64,000 bases of DNA from Candidatus Bathyarchaeota archaeon (GCA_963769425.1 CAVYLP010000006.1:288001-352000), one strand, 5' to 3'. Shown: positions 10,708-21,035, counted from the stretch's first letter. Notes: a model not told the origin generated them from the sequence alone. A program made the numbers and translations.

Positions 10708-10798
10708 AATCCGTCATCAGTTTTGCCCTCATAATGCGCATAAAACTGGCATATTGACTCAACCATCAATATCCGGTTTTTGACCTATTCAGAATAGA

Positions 10799-10875
10799 TG
10801 GTGGGCCGGGCCGGACTTGAACCGGCGACCTCCGCGGTGTGAACGCGGCGTTCCACCAAGCTAGACTACCGGCCC
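10799..10875 (-). tRNA. tRNA-Val(CAC)
   Basis: Reverse complement folds as a cloverleaf: GGGCCGG acceptor, CCGCG-TTCACAC-CGCGG anticodon arm, GGTTCAAGTCC T-arm, encoded CCA. Confidence 0.95.
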
Positions 10876-11735
10876 ACAGCACCACTAGGGAACCCGACGT
10901 AATAAAATCCTTTTCGCCCCCCAAACTAGACAATACAATAACGTTTAGAGAAAAAGTAAAAGTCGAAATAAAAGCAAAACGAAGGGCATAAACTAAAAAT
11001 AGTGTTCTCAGACGAGCGGAGGCTTGAAAGGAATCTTGAGAAACACGCGCTGAATCAAGCAAAAGACGTGCCCATACCATCAACCAACTAAGCTCAGTTT
11101 CTAAAAACCAACATTAGCGTGTAGAAAGGTGGTAGTTTTCAGGTCCCCTGTAACCAGTAGGGGGTATAACTAAAAAAAATTCAGCATTAACGATCCAATG
11201 CCCTGTCTTCTCCAGCCAAGCGGAGTCTCATAAAAGGAGCGATTATCAATACCCCTTGCTCAAGTAGTATATCATATCTAAAAAATCAGTTTCCTTTTTT
11301 AAAGCCTTGAAGTGTGTATAGAAAAGAAGCTGTTTTCAAATCTCCCTTGTCAATATGGCATATGATATTCAGAAAAAAACAATCAATCTATCCTCCGTAA
11401 ATTGATGTTTGTGGAAAGCAACTAGTTGGAGGTACAGCCTACAGATAAGCTAGCCAAGTACAGGCAGAACCTTGCAGTCCTTGGCCAGAGCAAAGTATAC
11501 CTCTACCGGCGCAGCGACTGCCTGGATTCCCAGCAGCTGAAGAGGGAGGGGAGGCTCATGAGGCGGGTGAGGCTACGATTCAGTATATTTTAGCCACATA
11601 AACAAACGGTGGAGAACATTGACTAAAATCCAGTCTGACCCAAGCTTATCCCATCAGTTAAACATGAATGATAGATCCGACCCACCTTTTATACTCAGAG
11701 GAATATCGTAGATAAGTTTAAAATATCCAGATGAG

Positions 11736-12032
11736 TTGCGCTATGAGAACAACATGGTCGTAAAAGTCGCAACCCCAGTCGAGATCGTCGATGGAATAAG
11801 CTTCCGCCTCAGGACCGACCAGATAGTCATCCTCGACGGCTTAACCGCACCCGCCAAGAACAGCGAACAGGAGAAGAAGGCGATGGCCAAGTTGGGTGAG
11901 CTGGTGCTCAAGAAGAAGGTATCATATGAGGGACACAGCATCGACGCATTCGGCCGCACGAAGGCTGAGGCGAAGCTGGAGGACGGAACGGACGTCAACA
12001 AGAAGATGGCCGAGTTTCTAGCCACACTGTAA
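11736..12032 (+). CDS. Thermonuclease (SNase)-like small protein, catalytic motifs degenerate
   Basis: IVDGIS / VILDGLTAP / DAFGR / DVN align with the SNase pattern DGDT / IRLxGIDAPE / DxYGR / xVN. Confidence 0.6.
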   Translation: MRYENNMVVKVATPVEIVDGISFRLRTDQIVILDGLTAPAKNSEQEKKAMAKLGELVLKKKVSYEGHSIDAFGRTKAEAKLEDGTDVNKKMAEFLATL

Positions 12033-12112
12033 AATCCACCACACCTTAAAATTATTACCCTCAAGTTTCTACCCGGAAACCATTAAACCCCCAAGCCGCA
12101 ACCATCCCCCCT

Positions 12113-12199
12113 ATGAGCGACCGTTTTCTACACCCAGACCAGTGCGAGACCCTCACCAAGTTCAATAGGAACCTCCTCATGTACCCTGTGAAGGACTAG
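12113..12199 (+). CDS. Putative 28-aa peptide (MSDRFLHPDQCETLTKFNRNLLMYPVKD)
   Basis: ATG lies about 25-30 nt after a TTAAA box. The stop is 2 nt before the next start. Confidence 0.3.
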   Translation: MSDRFLHPDQCETLTKFNRNLLMYPVKD

Positions 12200-12201
12200 C
12201 T

Positions 12202-12552
12202 ATGGACCTCCTCGCCCCGACCACCATAGCAGGTGCCGTCCTCATAGCGCTTGGACTCTACTACGTCGTATTTTGGTGGAGTTATTGGAAGGTCAACTAC
12301 AAGGGGAAGCTGGTCACGGGCGGCCCGTACACGATCGTCCGCCACCCATACTACTTCGGCTTTCTACTCCTCACCACGGGCCTCGTTGTCATCCTCCCCA
12401 TGGTGGAGACGATAGGTCTCGCTCTCGTGTCGTGGGGCGTCATAGTGTCCCAGATAGGGAAGGAGGAGGAGGACCTCATCAAGAAGTACGGGAGCAAGTA
12501 CAAGGAGTATCAGAAGCGCGTCAAGTGGCGCCTTATCCCGGGTGTATATTAG
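12202..12552 (+). CDS. Isoprenylcysteine carboxyl methyltransferase / PEMT family membrane protein
   Basis: LVTGGPYTIVRHPYY and EEEDLIKKYG..YKEY..RV.WRLIP motifs. Confidence 0.88.
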   Translation: MDLLAPTTIAGAVLIALGLYYVVFWWSYWKVNYKGKLVTGGPYTIVRHPYYFGFLLLTTGLVVILPMVETIGLALVSWGVIVSQIGKEEEDLIKKYGSKYKEYQKRVKWRLIPGVY

Positions 12553-12589
12553 CAACCGATTTCTACCCAGCAGCCCCAATTCTTACGTC

Positions 12590-13243
12590 ATGAGCGAGTT
12601 AGTGGACTACTATAGGCAGAGGGCTAAGGAGTACGAGGACGTCTACTACTGGATGGACCCCCACCGCCAGGAAGAACAGACAATCATGGCGAACACAATA
12701 AAGGCCACCCTAGTCGGGCGCGACGTACTCGACGTTGCTTGCGGGACCGGGTGGTGGGACCGGATCCTGTCGGAGACGGCCAAGAGCATAACGGGGCTCG
12801 ATATAAACGAGGATGTTCTCGAGATAGCCAAGACGAAGGAGTATAGGTGCCCCACCCGATTCCAGGTGGGGGACGCCTATGAGCCACCCTACCCGCCCGC
12901 CAGCTTCAACGGGGTCATCGCCACCTTCTGGATAAGCCACATCCCGAAGGCGAAGCTCCACGTGTGGATCGATACCCTCCATAGAGTCCTGAAGCCCGGG
13001 TCGAGGGTCTTCCTCGCGGACAACACGAACATACCCGGTATCGGCGGCCCAGTTGTTACCAAGGAGGGGGACAAGAACACGTACAAGCTTCGCACCCTCA
13101 AGGATGGGAGCCAGCACATGGTCCTCAAAAACTACTACTCGACAAGCGAGTTAATCGATGTGTTCGCGAAGCATGTGAAGGGCTTCGGTGAGGAGAACAC
13201 CTTCAAAGGCAACTGCTTCTACTGGGTAAACTACCGGCTCTAA
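12590..13243 (+). CDS. Class I SAM-dependent methyltransferase
   Basis: VLDVACGTG motif I, FWISH, VLKPG. Likely start is ATG 12590. Confidence 0.9.
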   Translation: MSELVDYYRQRAKEYEDVYYWMDPHRQEEQTIMANTIKATLVGRDVLDVACGTGWWDRILSETAKSITGLDINEDVLEIAKTKEYRCPTRFQVGDAYEPPYPPASFNGVIATFWISHIPKAKLHVWIDTLHRVLKPGSRVFLADNTNIPGIGGPVVTKEGDKNTYKLRTLKDGSQHMVLKNYYSTSELIDVFAKHVKGFGEENTFKGNCFYWVNYRL

Positions 13244-13401
13244 TTCTTCACCCTGAAGGCTTCCTTCGGAGCCCCGCAGACGGGGCAGACCCAGGTGTCG
13301 GGTATCTTCTCAAAGGGTGTACCAGGGGCGACGCCCGACGGGGGATCCCCCTCAGCGGGGTCGTAGATGTAGCCGCAGACCGTGCACTCGTACTTGTCCA
13401 T
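13240..13401 (-). CDS. rub: Rubredoxin (53 aa; below the ORF-track cutoff)
   Basis: Manual translation [53 protein letters not shown] has two CxxCG knuckles. Confidence 0.97.
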   Translation of the reverse strand: MDKYECTVCGYIYDPAEGDPPSGVAPGTPFEKIPDTWVCPVCGAPKEAFRVKN

Positions 13402-13487
13402 GGTATGGTTCCAGCAACGCCACGATTTAAATGGAGAGTGTAGGAGAGAAAAAGTCGGAGATTCTACTTTTAAAAAAGTTGGGAGGA

Positions 13488-14237
13488 CTACTCTTTGACG
13501 GTACCGATGTCCTTTGCCTCGACGGCGCCGAGGTACATCTCGTTAAGCTGCGGGTGGTTCGCAAGTGCGTCTGCCGCGCCTGAGAAGGTGAACCTTCCTC
13601 CGCGCATCATGTATGCCTTGTCGCCGACTTGAAGGGCGCGCTTCGCGCGCTGCTCGACGAGCACGATGGGAAGACCCGTCGTCTCGGCCATCTGTTCGAG
13701 CTGCTTCATGACATCGTTGACTAGCTTCGGCATGAGTCCGGCGGTCGGCTCGTCCACCATCATGAGTTTGGGGTCCCTCATGAGGACCATGCCCTCGGCG
13801 AGCATCTGGCGCTCACCGCCGCTCAGCGTACCAGCCGCGCGGGGCATGTACTCCTTGAGCCTAGGGAACAGGTTGAAGACGAACTCCAGTTTGTCGGAGT
13901 ACATCTTGGAGTTGTTCACCGTGTAGGCAGCCATCTTAAGGTTGTCCTCGACCGTGAGCTTGCTGAAGATGTTACCCGTCTGGGGCATGTAGCCTATCCC
14001 CATCTTCGTCCTCTCGTAGGGCGGGATGTTCGTGATGTCCTTGCCCTGGAAGATGACCTGGCCGGAGTAGACTGTTGCGAGTCCCATGATCGCCTTTAGG
14101 AGCGTCGTCTTACCCACGCCGTTGGGGCCTACGATGACGGTGACCTCACCATCGGGGACCTCGAAATCGAGATCATAGATGACGTGAATAGGGCCGTAGC
14201 CGACGTTCAATCCCTTTGTCTCTAGTATGTTACCCAT
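13488..14237 (-). CDS. livF: Branched-chain amino acid ABC transporter ATPase (LivF-like)
   Basis: [26 protein letters not shown] and LVEQ motifs. Confidence 0.9.
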   Translation of the reverse strand: MGNILETKGLNVGYGPIHVIYDLDFEVPDGEVTVIVGPNGVGKTTLLKAIMGLATVYSGQVIFQGKDITNIPPYERTKMGIGYMPQTGNIFSKLTVEDNLKMAAYTVNNSKMYSDKLEFVFNLFPRLKEYMPRAAGTLSGGERQMLAEGMVLMRDPKLMMVDEPTAGLMPKLVNDVMKQLEQMAETTGLPIVLVEQRAKRALQVGDKAYMMRGGRFTFSGAADALANHPQLNEMYLGAVEAKDIGTVKE

Positions 14238-14238
14238 T

Positions 14239-14997
14239 TTATTCACCTAGGTATGCCTCGATGACTCGGGGGTCCTCGAATACTTCCTCTGCCGTCCCCT
14301 CGATGACTAGCTGGCCACGGTCCATTGCGAAGACGTGGTCAGCGTACTGGGCTGCGACCTCGAGTCTGTGCTCGATGACTAGGAAGGTGATGCCGAGCTC
14401 GTCACGGAGTCTGAGGACGTGGTTGAAGATCTGGTGGCAGAGCTTGGGGTCAATGCTGCCGACGGGCTCGTCTAGCAGGATTGTCTCCGCTCCCGACATC
14501 AGGGTTCTGCCAATCTCAAGTAGCTTTAGCTCACCACCGCTGAGGGTATTTGCTGGTTTATTCCAGACATGTTTTAGCCCAAGCACCTTTAGAAGTTCCG
14601 AAGCTCTTCTGACTGCGTCGATCTCGCTGTCGATCCAAGTGGGCTTAGCGAGGGACTTGAAGAGGTTCTCGCCTGCATTGTCCGGCAGTGCGACAAGCAT
14701 ATTCTCCAAGGCAGTCAATCTGAGGAATGGTGCAGCGATTTGGAAGGTTCTCACGAGTCCTCTACGAGAGATCCTGTACATCTCCTCATGAGTAATGTCC
14801 TCGTCTCTGTAGTAGATGTGCCCTTCTTCGGGGTGGAAAAGGCCTGAAATACAGTTGGTGAGCGTCGATTTACCACAGCCGTTAGGGCCTACGAGGAGGT
14901 AAATGCCTCCTTCCTTTAGGCCGATGCTGATGCCATCAACGGCTGCGAATCGACCAAAATACTTTCTGACGTTCTCGATTCTGAGAATCTCCGACAT
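14239..14997 (-). CDS. livG: Branched-chain amino acid ABC transporter ATPase (LivG-like)
   Basis: GPNGCGKST, RTFQ, LSGGE and IEH motifs; C-terminal VIEAYLG. Confidence 0.9.
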   Translation of the reverse strand: MSEILRIENVRKYFGRFAAVDGISIGLKEGGIYLLVGPNGCGKSTLTNCISGLFHPEEGHIYYRDEDITHEEMYRISRRGLVRTFQIAAPFLRLTALENMLVALPDNAGENLFKSLAKPTWIDSEIDAVRRASELLKVLGLKHVWNKPANTLSGGELKLLEIGRTLMSGAETILLDEPVGSIDPKLCHQIFNHVLRLRDELGITFLVIEHRLEVAAQYADHVFAMDRGQLVIEGTAEEVFEDPRVIEAYLGE

Positions 14998-15119
14998 ACC
15001 AGCATCAACTAACGTATCAGTACCCTGTGAAGAGTTTAAATAGTTTTGCAGAGTCCTTTTTAAGGGTTATTTTTGATTTTAAAAAAAATGAAGAAAAGAG
15101 ACTAGGTAGGTTAGTGAGT

Positions 15120-16466
15120 TTATGGCCCGATGGGCGTGAATCCGAGGACGGCTGGGAAGAAGACTGTTCCTTCTCCTTCCTTGATCTCCTCGGCGTCAGG
15201 GTTGTACTGCGCCATGATTATACTCACCGAGGCCTTCGTGGCACTCGGGTAGAAGCCCCATACATCGTAAGATGGACCGATCCTGTCGCCGGTCGCGTCG
15301 AGGCGGCAAGAACCTGCGGAGCCGAACGTCTGGTCTGCAGTGGGCTTCTGTAGCGGGACTAGTACGGCACCTGAAGTGCTCTGAGTCTGATACATCGAGT
15401 TCGTCATCACCTCTGCAACGTCGAAAGCGTAAGCACTGTAAGCGCTGAACTGCTGTTTGGTTAGAGCCACATATCTGCTTTCGAGGCTATTGTATAGAGG
15501 GGTTAGTTCCTGACGTGATAGTAGGCTGTAGATGCCGATGTGGTTCGCCTCATCGGGAGCATCATCCATGGCACGCTGACTGATAGCGGTCCCGTCGCTG
15601 CCCCACCAGTGGACGTTGTAGATGTTCGGGTAGCTGCTCACCTGCTTGAGGATGACGGAGATCTCGTTGAAGGAGAGTATCACCACGCCGACCCTCTGAG
15701 TCTCGCCGCCGTTAGCTGCAACCGCAGCTGCTACCTGCTGGTCAGCGACCGTCAAGTAGTTCGAGAACTCCGTCGCCTCAGCCGCGTACCTGATCTTGTC
15801 ACCGGCGATGTTTCCGCCCTTCGCCGTCCAGGCGGGGACCAGGAGGTTGATGATGCCGTCACCCCAAGAGTCGCCGCGCTGGAAGAGGACGAGGCTCTTC
15901 ACGCCGGCCGCCCACATGATGTTCACCATCGCGGGTGCGAGGTGGCTGTCGGCGGTGCACATGCGGAAGAGGTTGTCGTTAGCGATCGCGAGCGTCGGGG
16001 AGGTGGAGGACGTGCTCCACATGAGCATGCCGTTTGAGTTGCAGTAGCTGAGGGCCGATTCGGCCTCGGCCGACCAGCCTCCACCCTCGAAGACGGTGAC
16101 TCCTGCTGACTTGAAGCCCTGAACCTTCTCGAGGTGGGTGTTTGCCTGACCCTGGGCGTCGTCGACAAGGTACGTGAACGTTGTTCCGTAGCCAAGTATC
16201 TGGCTATACGCGTTCATGTCGGTGGCGATTATCTGCTCGTGGTATGGTTTACCGACCTCTAGGGCCGTCGTGTCAGATGCTATGTAGCCGATCTTGACCG
16301 CAGCATCCTTCAGGGGGATCACCGTCTGAATCTGAACGGTGGGTACAATTATATTGCTTCCCGGAGTGGTCCCACCCTGTGGTGCGGCGAAGTATCCGAT
16401 GCCTCCGCCTACGATCAAGCCAGCGACTAATAGCACTATTGCTAGTGTCATTCCTTTATCTGCCAA
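15120..16466 (-). CDS. ABC transporter substrate-binding protein (LivK/type I periplasmic fold), membrane anchored
   Basis: N-terminal TM anchor (LIVGGGIGYF); STSPTLAI..DNLFRM and DSWGDG motifs. Confidence 0.88.
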   Translation of the reverse strand: MADKGMTLAIVLLVAGLIVGGGIGYFAAPQGGTTPGSNIIVPTVQIQTVIPLKDAAVKIGYIASDTTALEVGKPYHEQIIATDMNAYSQILGYGTTFTYLVDDAQGQANTHLEKVQGFKSAGVTVFEGGGWSAEAESALSYCNSNGMLMWSTSSTSPTLAIANDNLFRMCTADSHLAPAMVNIMWAAGVKSLVLFQRGDSWGDGIINLLVPAWTAKGGNIAGDKIRYAAEATEFSNYLTVADQQVAAAVAANGGETQRVGVVILSFNEISVILKQVSSYPNIYNVHWWGSDGTAISQRAMDDAPDEANHIGIYSLLSRQELTPLYNSLESRYVALTKQQFSAYSAYAFDVAEVMTNSMYQTQSTSGAVLVPLQKPTADQTFGSAGSCRLDATGDRIGPSYDVWGFYPSATKASVSIIMAQYNPDAEEIKEGEGTVFFPAVLGFTPIGP

Positions 16467-16708
16467 GTTTTACACCTTTGTTTGTCGCGTTAGTAAACTT
16501 CGTCATATTATATTTAAGACTTGACATAATATATGAGAAAATGAATTATTTTTCGATTAATAGAGGAAATATATATTAAGGGAAAAATATGTATGATTCT
16601 TGTTAATTATATCGAATTAATTAGTACATTTTTAAACGTTATTGTAATATATTCTGGTTTTATGACAAATATTATAAATGAAATAAGTGTGAAGTTTTGC
16701 GGAGAAAA

Positions 16709-17668
16709 ATGGACCTAACGATTATTTATATGGCCATCACGTACGCAAGCGAGTTAACCCTTCTAAGCATCGGTTTTACTCTCACGTACCTCACTGCTAA
16801 AATACCAAACTTTGCTCACGGAACATATGCCGGCTTCGGTATATATGTGAGCTACACATTCGCCAAGTTCTTCGGAATAAACCCATATCTTGGTTTCCCA
16901 ATCGCCTTTATTGTAGGCGGTATAATTAGCGTAGTCGTCTTCAAACTCGTAATCAGCACGCTAACTAAGATGGGTAGTGGTTCCATAGTCTTAACAATCG
17001 CAACACTTGCTATTCAGATATTCTTGGGAGCGCTGCTAAACATATATGCGTATATGTTTATCAACTTCTTCAAGCAGTACGCGACTGCGTTCCTCCTCAA
17101 GGATTATGACTTCAAGATTGGAGATATCTCGGGCATATTCTTTGTATCGATCGGGATAAGCATCGCGACTGTTATCGCACTTCACTACTTACTCACTAGA
17201 ACAAAGATGGGCATCGCCATGAGGGCGACCGCCGAAGACACCGAGCTCGCCTCGGTACTTGGTATCAACATCAACAATGTACAGCTATTCTCTTGGTTCC
17301 TGACTGGTGGACTCGCATGCCTCGCGGGGGCCATGATCCCGTTCTGGCTTCAGAGTAGCCCAACGACGGGCTCAGGCATCATCACGAGCATCATGGCAGG
17401 AAGTCTATTGGGAGGCTTTGAGAGTATCTATGGAGCTATTATCGGAGGCTTCACCATCGGGCTGTCCGAGATACTGCTCACACTAGCTGGGCAGTTATTG
17501 CTCGGTAACTGGTTCGGTGAGTATAGACCACTCATACCAATGTTCTTCCTAATCGCTGTCTTGCTTATAGAGCCAAGGGGCATACAGGGCTTCTATGAAC
17601 GCTACCAGAGAAGAAGGAGCAAACCAAAAACAACGGAACCCGAGAAGAAAAAGGAGGATGAGAAGTGA
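16709..17668 (+). CDS. livH: Branched-chain amino acid ABC transporter permease (LivH-like)
   Basis: NFAHG and TKMGIAMRATAED.ELA...GIN motifs. Confidence 0.9.
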   Translation: MDLTIIYMAITYASELTLLSIGFTLTYLTAKIPNFAHGTYAGFGIYVSYTFAKFFGINPYLGFPIAFIVGGIISVVVFKLVISTLTKMGSGSIVLTIATLAIQIFLGALLNIYAYMFINFFKQYATAFLLKDYDFKIGDISGIFFVSIGISIATVIALHYLLTRTKMGIAMRATAEDTELASVLGININNVQLFSWFLTGGLACLAGAMIPFWLQSSPTTGSGIITSIMAGSLLGGFESIYGAIIGGFTIGLSEILLTLAGQLLLGNWFGEYRPLIPMFFLIAVLLIEPRGIQGFYERYQRRRSKPKTTEPEKKKEDEK

Positions 17669-18858
17669 TGTACTCCAACATAGCTTTAGGAATTCTGAGT
17701 TCGCTACCAATGGCGATAGAGGGAACCAATAGACTCATCGTAGACATCGCGATGTTCTTTGGCCTCCTAGTCATCGTAGCTATGGCGCTCAACTTCCAGT
17801 ATGGTAACGCCGGCATCCCTAACATGGGGTGCGCAGTTCAGGTAATCATTGGAGCCTTCTCCGTAAGCGCGATTGTACTGAGAGTAATGTTTACCGTTGT
17901 AGCAGCAGCTGGAGTACCCCTTACGGATTGGACAAACGATTACAACTGGGTTTACGCTAATCCCTACAATGTAGGACTCACAAATAATTTCATTAAGACA
18001 AATGCACCCATCGCAATAGGCTTCTTCCTACTCAGCATCGGAACAGCACTACTACTGGGTGCAGTGATCGGATATCTACTAGCACTTCCAGCGATTCGTC
18101 TGAGGGCAACATACTTAATGATTGTACTAATCACAATGGCAGATGCTTCCCAGATCATTGGCCGGAACGTAGTTCCCATCTCGGGAGGCACGCTCGGTGT
18201 ATTCATACCTAATGTATTTGCATGGTACCCTGGAGACATCGGAGTCATCACCGCAGTCATTACTCTACTGATCGGACTAATCAGCTTCTTCATCTTCAGA
18301 ACGATGCTGAACTCTCCCTACGGCAGGCTCATGCGCTCCATGAGGGAGAACGAGGTAACACTCTCAAGCGTTGGAAAAAACGTGGTCGGCATCCGCAGGA
18401 ACATACTCATGTTCGCGTCGGGCATAACGGCGATTGCGGGGGTAATGAATGTCTACTACTTACAATTCTCTAACGAGTCCGGATACCAGCGCGCCTACTG
18501 GACTTACTGGCCATGGTTAATGCTCATCCTCGGTGGACCGGGCAATAACGCCGGCACCTTCCTTGGTGCTGCAATGATCATCGCCCTGAGACGTGTCATC
18601 ATCGTATTCAAATTCCAGATACAGCAGTATTTCTTCTTCCCCATCTCCTACCTGGAGGACATCATCCTCGGTGGTCTGCTGGTCTTCGTCATGATCTTCA
18701 GGCCCAACGGGTTGATCCCAGAAAAGTTACTCTATATCCCTGGTGTCAACTACACGAAGATGATCAATGAGGATGTAAAAGTAGACTGGCGCTCAGCACC
18801 TAAGGCGAGAGCGAAGAAGGGTGTAAAGCCCGAGGAGAAGAAGGAGGAGAAAAAGTGA
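17665..18858 (+). CDS. livM: Branched-chain amino acid ABC transporter permease (LivM-like)
   Basis: [39 protein letters not shown] and RPNGL motifs. Confidence 0.9.
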   Translation: MMYSNIALGILSSLPMAIEGTNRLIVDIAMFFGLLVIVAMALNFQYGNAGIPNMGCAVQVIIGAFSVSAIVLRVMFTVVAAAGVPLTDWTNDYNWVYANPYNVGLTNNFIKTNAPIAIGFFLLSIGTALLLGAVIGYLLALPAIRLRATYLMIVLITMADASQIIGRNVVPISGGTLGVFIPNVFAWYPGDIGVITAVITLLIGLISFFIFRTMLNSPYGRLMRSMRENEVTLSSVGKNVVGIRRNILMFASGITAIAGVMNVYYLQFSNESGYQRAYWTYWPWLMLILGGPGNNAGTFLGAAMIIALRRVIIVFKFQIQQYFFFPISYLEDIILGGLLVFVMIFRPNGLIPEKLLYIPGVNYTKMINEDVKVDWRSAPKARAKKGVKPEEKKEEKK

Positions 18859-19049
18859 TGAACGGATTAATAATCATGGCTAGCATACTAAGGATCATCG
18901 GACAGACGACGGCTGATCAGTATGATACCATCCTATTCTGGCTGATGATCGCCCTCTGGATCATCATGCCCATCTTCATCGTCTACGAGGAGCTTAACGA
19001 GCGCAAGGCCCTAAGGGAAGCCGAGAAGGCGACAACGGGCCAGGTCTAA
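18855..19049 (+). CDS. Small single-pass membrane protein, coupled to livM
   Basis: GTGA overlap with the livM stop, GGAG upstream, one TM helix and a charged tail. Confidence 0.6.
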   Translation: MMNGLIIMASILRIIGQTTADQYDTILFWLMIALWIIMPIFIVYEELNERKALREAEKATTGQV

Positions 19050-19060
19050 TTCTAATCCCA

Positions 19061-19116
19061 TCTTCAATTTTTATTTTTTCTCATCAACAAAATGAACCCC
19101 AGTTGGAACTGGGTTC
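19061..19116. terminator. T-rich tract plus hairpin between convergent genes
   Basis: TTTTTATTTTTT tract followed by the imperfect inverted repeat GAACCCCAGTT-GG-AACTGGGTTC (19094-19116). Confidence 0.45.
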
Positions 19117-19137
19117 TTAAAAATGATAGACAGGCGA

Positions 19138-19509
19138 CTACTCGGTCGTGAGGGTGTAGTGGACACCCACACCCTCGAGGGCCTTGTCGATCCTCTCGAT
19201 CAGGTTCTCGAGCTGCTTCATAGTGGGCTTCTTCTCGACCCACTCGAACATGAAGTCATGGTCACCTAGGAGCTGCTTCGCGTCGCTAATTATCTTCGCC
19301 GGCTCGTAGCAGTCGACGTAAGTGTTCTTGAGGTTGTTCAGGTAGTTGTTCCAATCGCGGTTGTCCGCCTGCATCCTCGTCGGGTATGGGATGCACTTGT
19401 GGCTGAACTTGACCTCCTTCTCCTTGGACATCTCCACTGCTACGCCCTCAAGTGCTTGGAGGGCCTTCATGAGCGGGGGACCGTAAATGCGAACATAAGT
19501 CTTAGCCAA
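19138..19509 (-). CDS. Hypothetical protein (123 aa)
   Basis: Host-like codon usage and a protein-like sequence; no motif recognised. Confidence 0.7.
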   Translation of the reverse strand: MAKTYVRIYGPPLMKALQALEGVAVEMSKEKEVKFSHKCIPYPTRMQADNRDWNNYLNNLKNTYVDCYEPAKIISDAKQLLGDHDFMFEWVEKKPTMKQLENLIERIDKALEGVGVHYTLTTE

Positions 19510-19563
19510 TCTAGTCGCCTAAGAATCCATGTAAACGATATAATATAAAATCTTTCACCGAAT

Positions 19564-19752
19564 CTATGATTCTGCGGCGTCTTCGCTCTTCTCTGACATC
19601 CTCTTCATAATGAGGCGGTACCTTCTGTACTTGTCGTCCATCGAGAACTTTGCGGGGTGAGGGGACTTTACTGGGCCGCCGCACTTTGGGCAAGCGTCCT
19701 CCCTGAGTGTATATGAGCCGCAGCGCTCGCATCTCCGTAGGAGCCAGACCAT
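19564..19752 (-). CDS. nop10: H/ACA RNP protein Nop10
   Basis: CxxC..YTL..CPKCG..HPAKFSMDDKY.RYR; follows aIF2alpha. Confidence 0.93.
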   Translation of the reverse strand: MVWLLRRCERCGSYTLREDACPKCGGPVKSPHPAKFSMDDKYRRYRLIMKRMSEKSEDAAES

Positions 19753-19760
19753 CGGGGTTT

Positions 19761-20552
19761 CTACTCCCTCTTGAAGGAGATGGTACCCTCGTGGGTGGAC
19801 CACTCCTTCTCCGCCTGCTTCACGATGCGGTCGAGTGCGAACTCGGCCTTCTTGTAGTCCTCGGAGGTGACCTCGACGCGGTACTTGGGGGAGCCGAGGG
19901 TGTAGATGTTGACCGTGGACTCGAGCTCGTCGCCGAGGTCTCGAACCATCCTGAATGCGTCCTTTATCTCCTCTACGCCCTTGTTGCCCATGGCGGTTAC
20001 CTCGAAGACGCCCTGGATGGTGACTCCCTTGACGACTATCTTGTCCTTAGCGATGTTTGCCAGCGCCTCAGCGGTCTTAGTTTTGATTCCGAGGTCGGTG
20101 AATACGGGCGCGCCCTTCTTTGCGGATTGCTCTAAGGCGTCGTAGAGGTTAACCTGAGCCTCGTTGAGCTTAGGGCTGATCTCGGCGAATAGGTCCTCGG
20201 GGGTCACCTTGAGGTCGGTGGCGGCCTGCTTGAGGAGGGTCTCCGCCTTGCGGGTCTTTTTCCACTGCTCGACCTTCTTCCTGCGGTCGTCCTTATTGAC
20301 CCTACGTAGGCTGAGATCGACCTGACCCTTCGAGGGGTCTACCCTGAGGACCTGTAGGACGACCTTCTGGTTCTCCCTGACGTGGTTGCGGATGTTGCGG
20401 ACCCAGCGTGAGCTGATCTCGGAGATGTGTAGTAGTGCTTCCTTGTTGTTGTATTCGTCTAGGGCGACGTAGGCGCCGTAGGTTTCTATTCGGCTGACGG
20501 TCGCTACGACCATCTCGCCTGTTTCCGGCCACTCGGCGTGCCCTAGGCTCAT
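19761..20552 (-). CDS. eif2a: Translation initiation factor 2 alpha subunit
   Basis: S1 domain PETGEMVVATV..YGAYV.LDEY..LHISEIS; GSPKYR. Start is ATG 20552. Confidence 0.95.
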   Translation of the reverse strand: MSLGHAEWPETGEMVVATVSRIETYGAYVALDEYNNKEALLHISEISSRWVRNIRNHVRENQKVVLQVLRVDPSKGQVDLSLRRVNKDDRRKKVEQWKKTRKAETLLKQAATDLKVTPEDLFAEISPKLNEAQVNLYDALEQSAKKGAPVFTDLGIKTKTAEALANIAKDKIVVKGVTIQGVFEVTAMGNKGVEEIKDAFRMVRDLGDELESTVNIYTLGSPKYRVEVTSEDYKKAEFALDRIVKQAEKEWSTHEGTISFKRE

Positions 20553-20560
20553 GGGGTCGG

Positions 20561-20758
20561 TCACCCTAGAACTGCCATGATGGAGCCGTTTATCTCGGCC
20601 TTGCCACCGGTTGGCCTCGCGATGACCTCGCCGCATGTGCGGCACTTTATCTCGTGTGTCGCGTGGCTGAATACGATCTGCTCAGACTCGCAGCTGAGGC
20701 ATTTGACCCTTAGGAACCTCGATGTGGGCCTCGGGATTAGGTTGTCCCATTCCGCCAT
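20561..20758 (-). CDS. rps27e: 30S ribosomal protein S27e
   Basis: PTSRFLRVKC..C..EQIVFSHA...C..CG...PTGGKA. Confidence 0.96.
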   Translation of the reverse strand: MAEWDNLIPRPTSRFLRVKCLSCESEQIVFSHATHEIKCRTCGEVIARPTGGKAEINGSIMAVLG

Positions 20759-20759
20759 T

Positions 20760-21035
20760 TTACTCCAACTCCGCCTTCTTGAGCCGTAGTCCCTCGCGCA
20801 TCAGGCTGTGCTTGCACTCCTTGCACTGGAGCATTAGTGTCGTCTTCTTGGTTACCTTGGCCTGGTTGTGCTGCATTGGGAACTTCTGGCCTCCGTAGCC
20901 CTGCTTGCGTATGGCCTGGTCCCGCTCACCCTTTCGGGCTCCGCGGCGTTTGCCGGCCTTGTATATGGTGACAGTGAACTCAGTGTGCGTCTTGCATTTT
21001 GGGCAGAAGGTCCTGAGTGTCTTGGGAACTTTCAT
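20760..21035 (-). CDS. rpl44e: 50S ribosomal protein L44e
   Basis: MKVPK..RTFCPKCKTHT..GYGGQKFP...AKVTKK..C..C. Confidence 0.96.
   Translation of the reverse strand: MKVPKTLRTFCPKCKTHTEFTVTIYKAGKRRGARKGERDQAIRKQGYGGQKFPMQHNQAKVTKKTTLMLQCKECKHSLMREGLRLKKAELE

Noticed and set aside
6560-10875. Genomic island integrated at tRNA-Val
   Set aside because: I found no duplicated tRNA 3' end (att site) and no integrase or transposase.
10766-11083. 105-aa minus-strand ORF
   Set aside because: It runs through the tRNA-Val gene and an AT-rich spacer and has no protein-like features.
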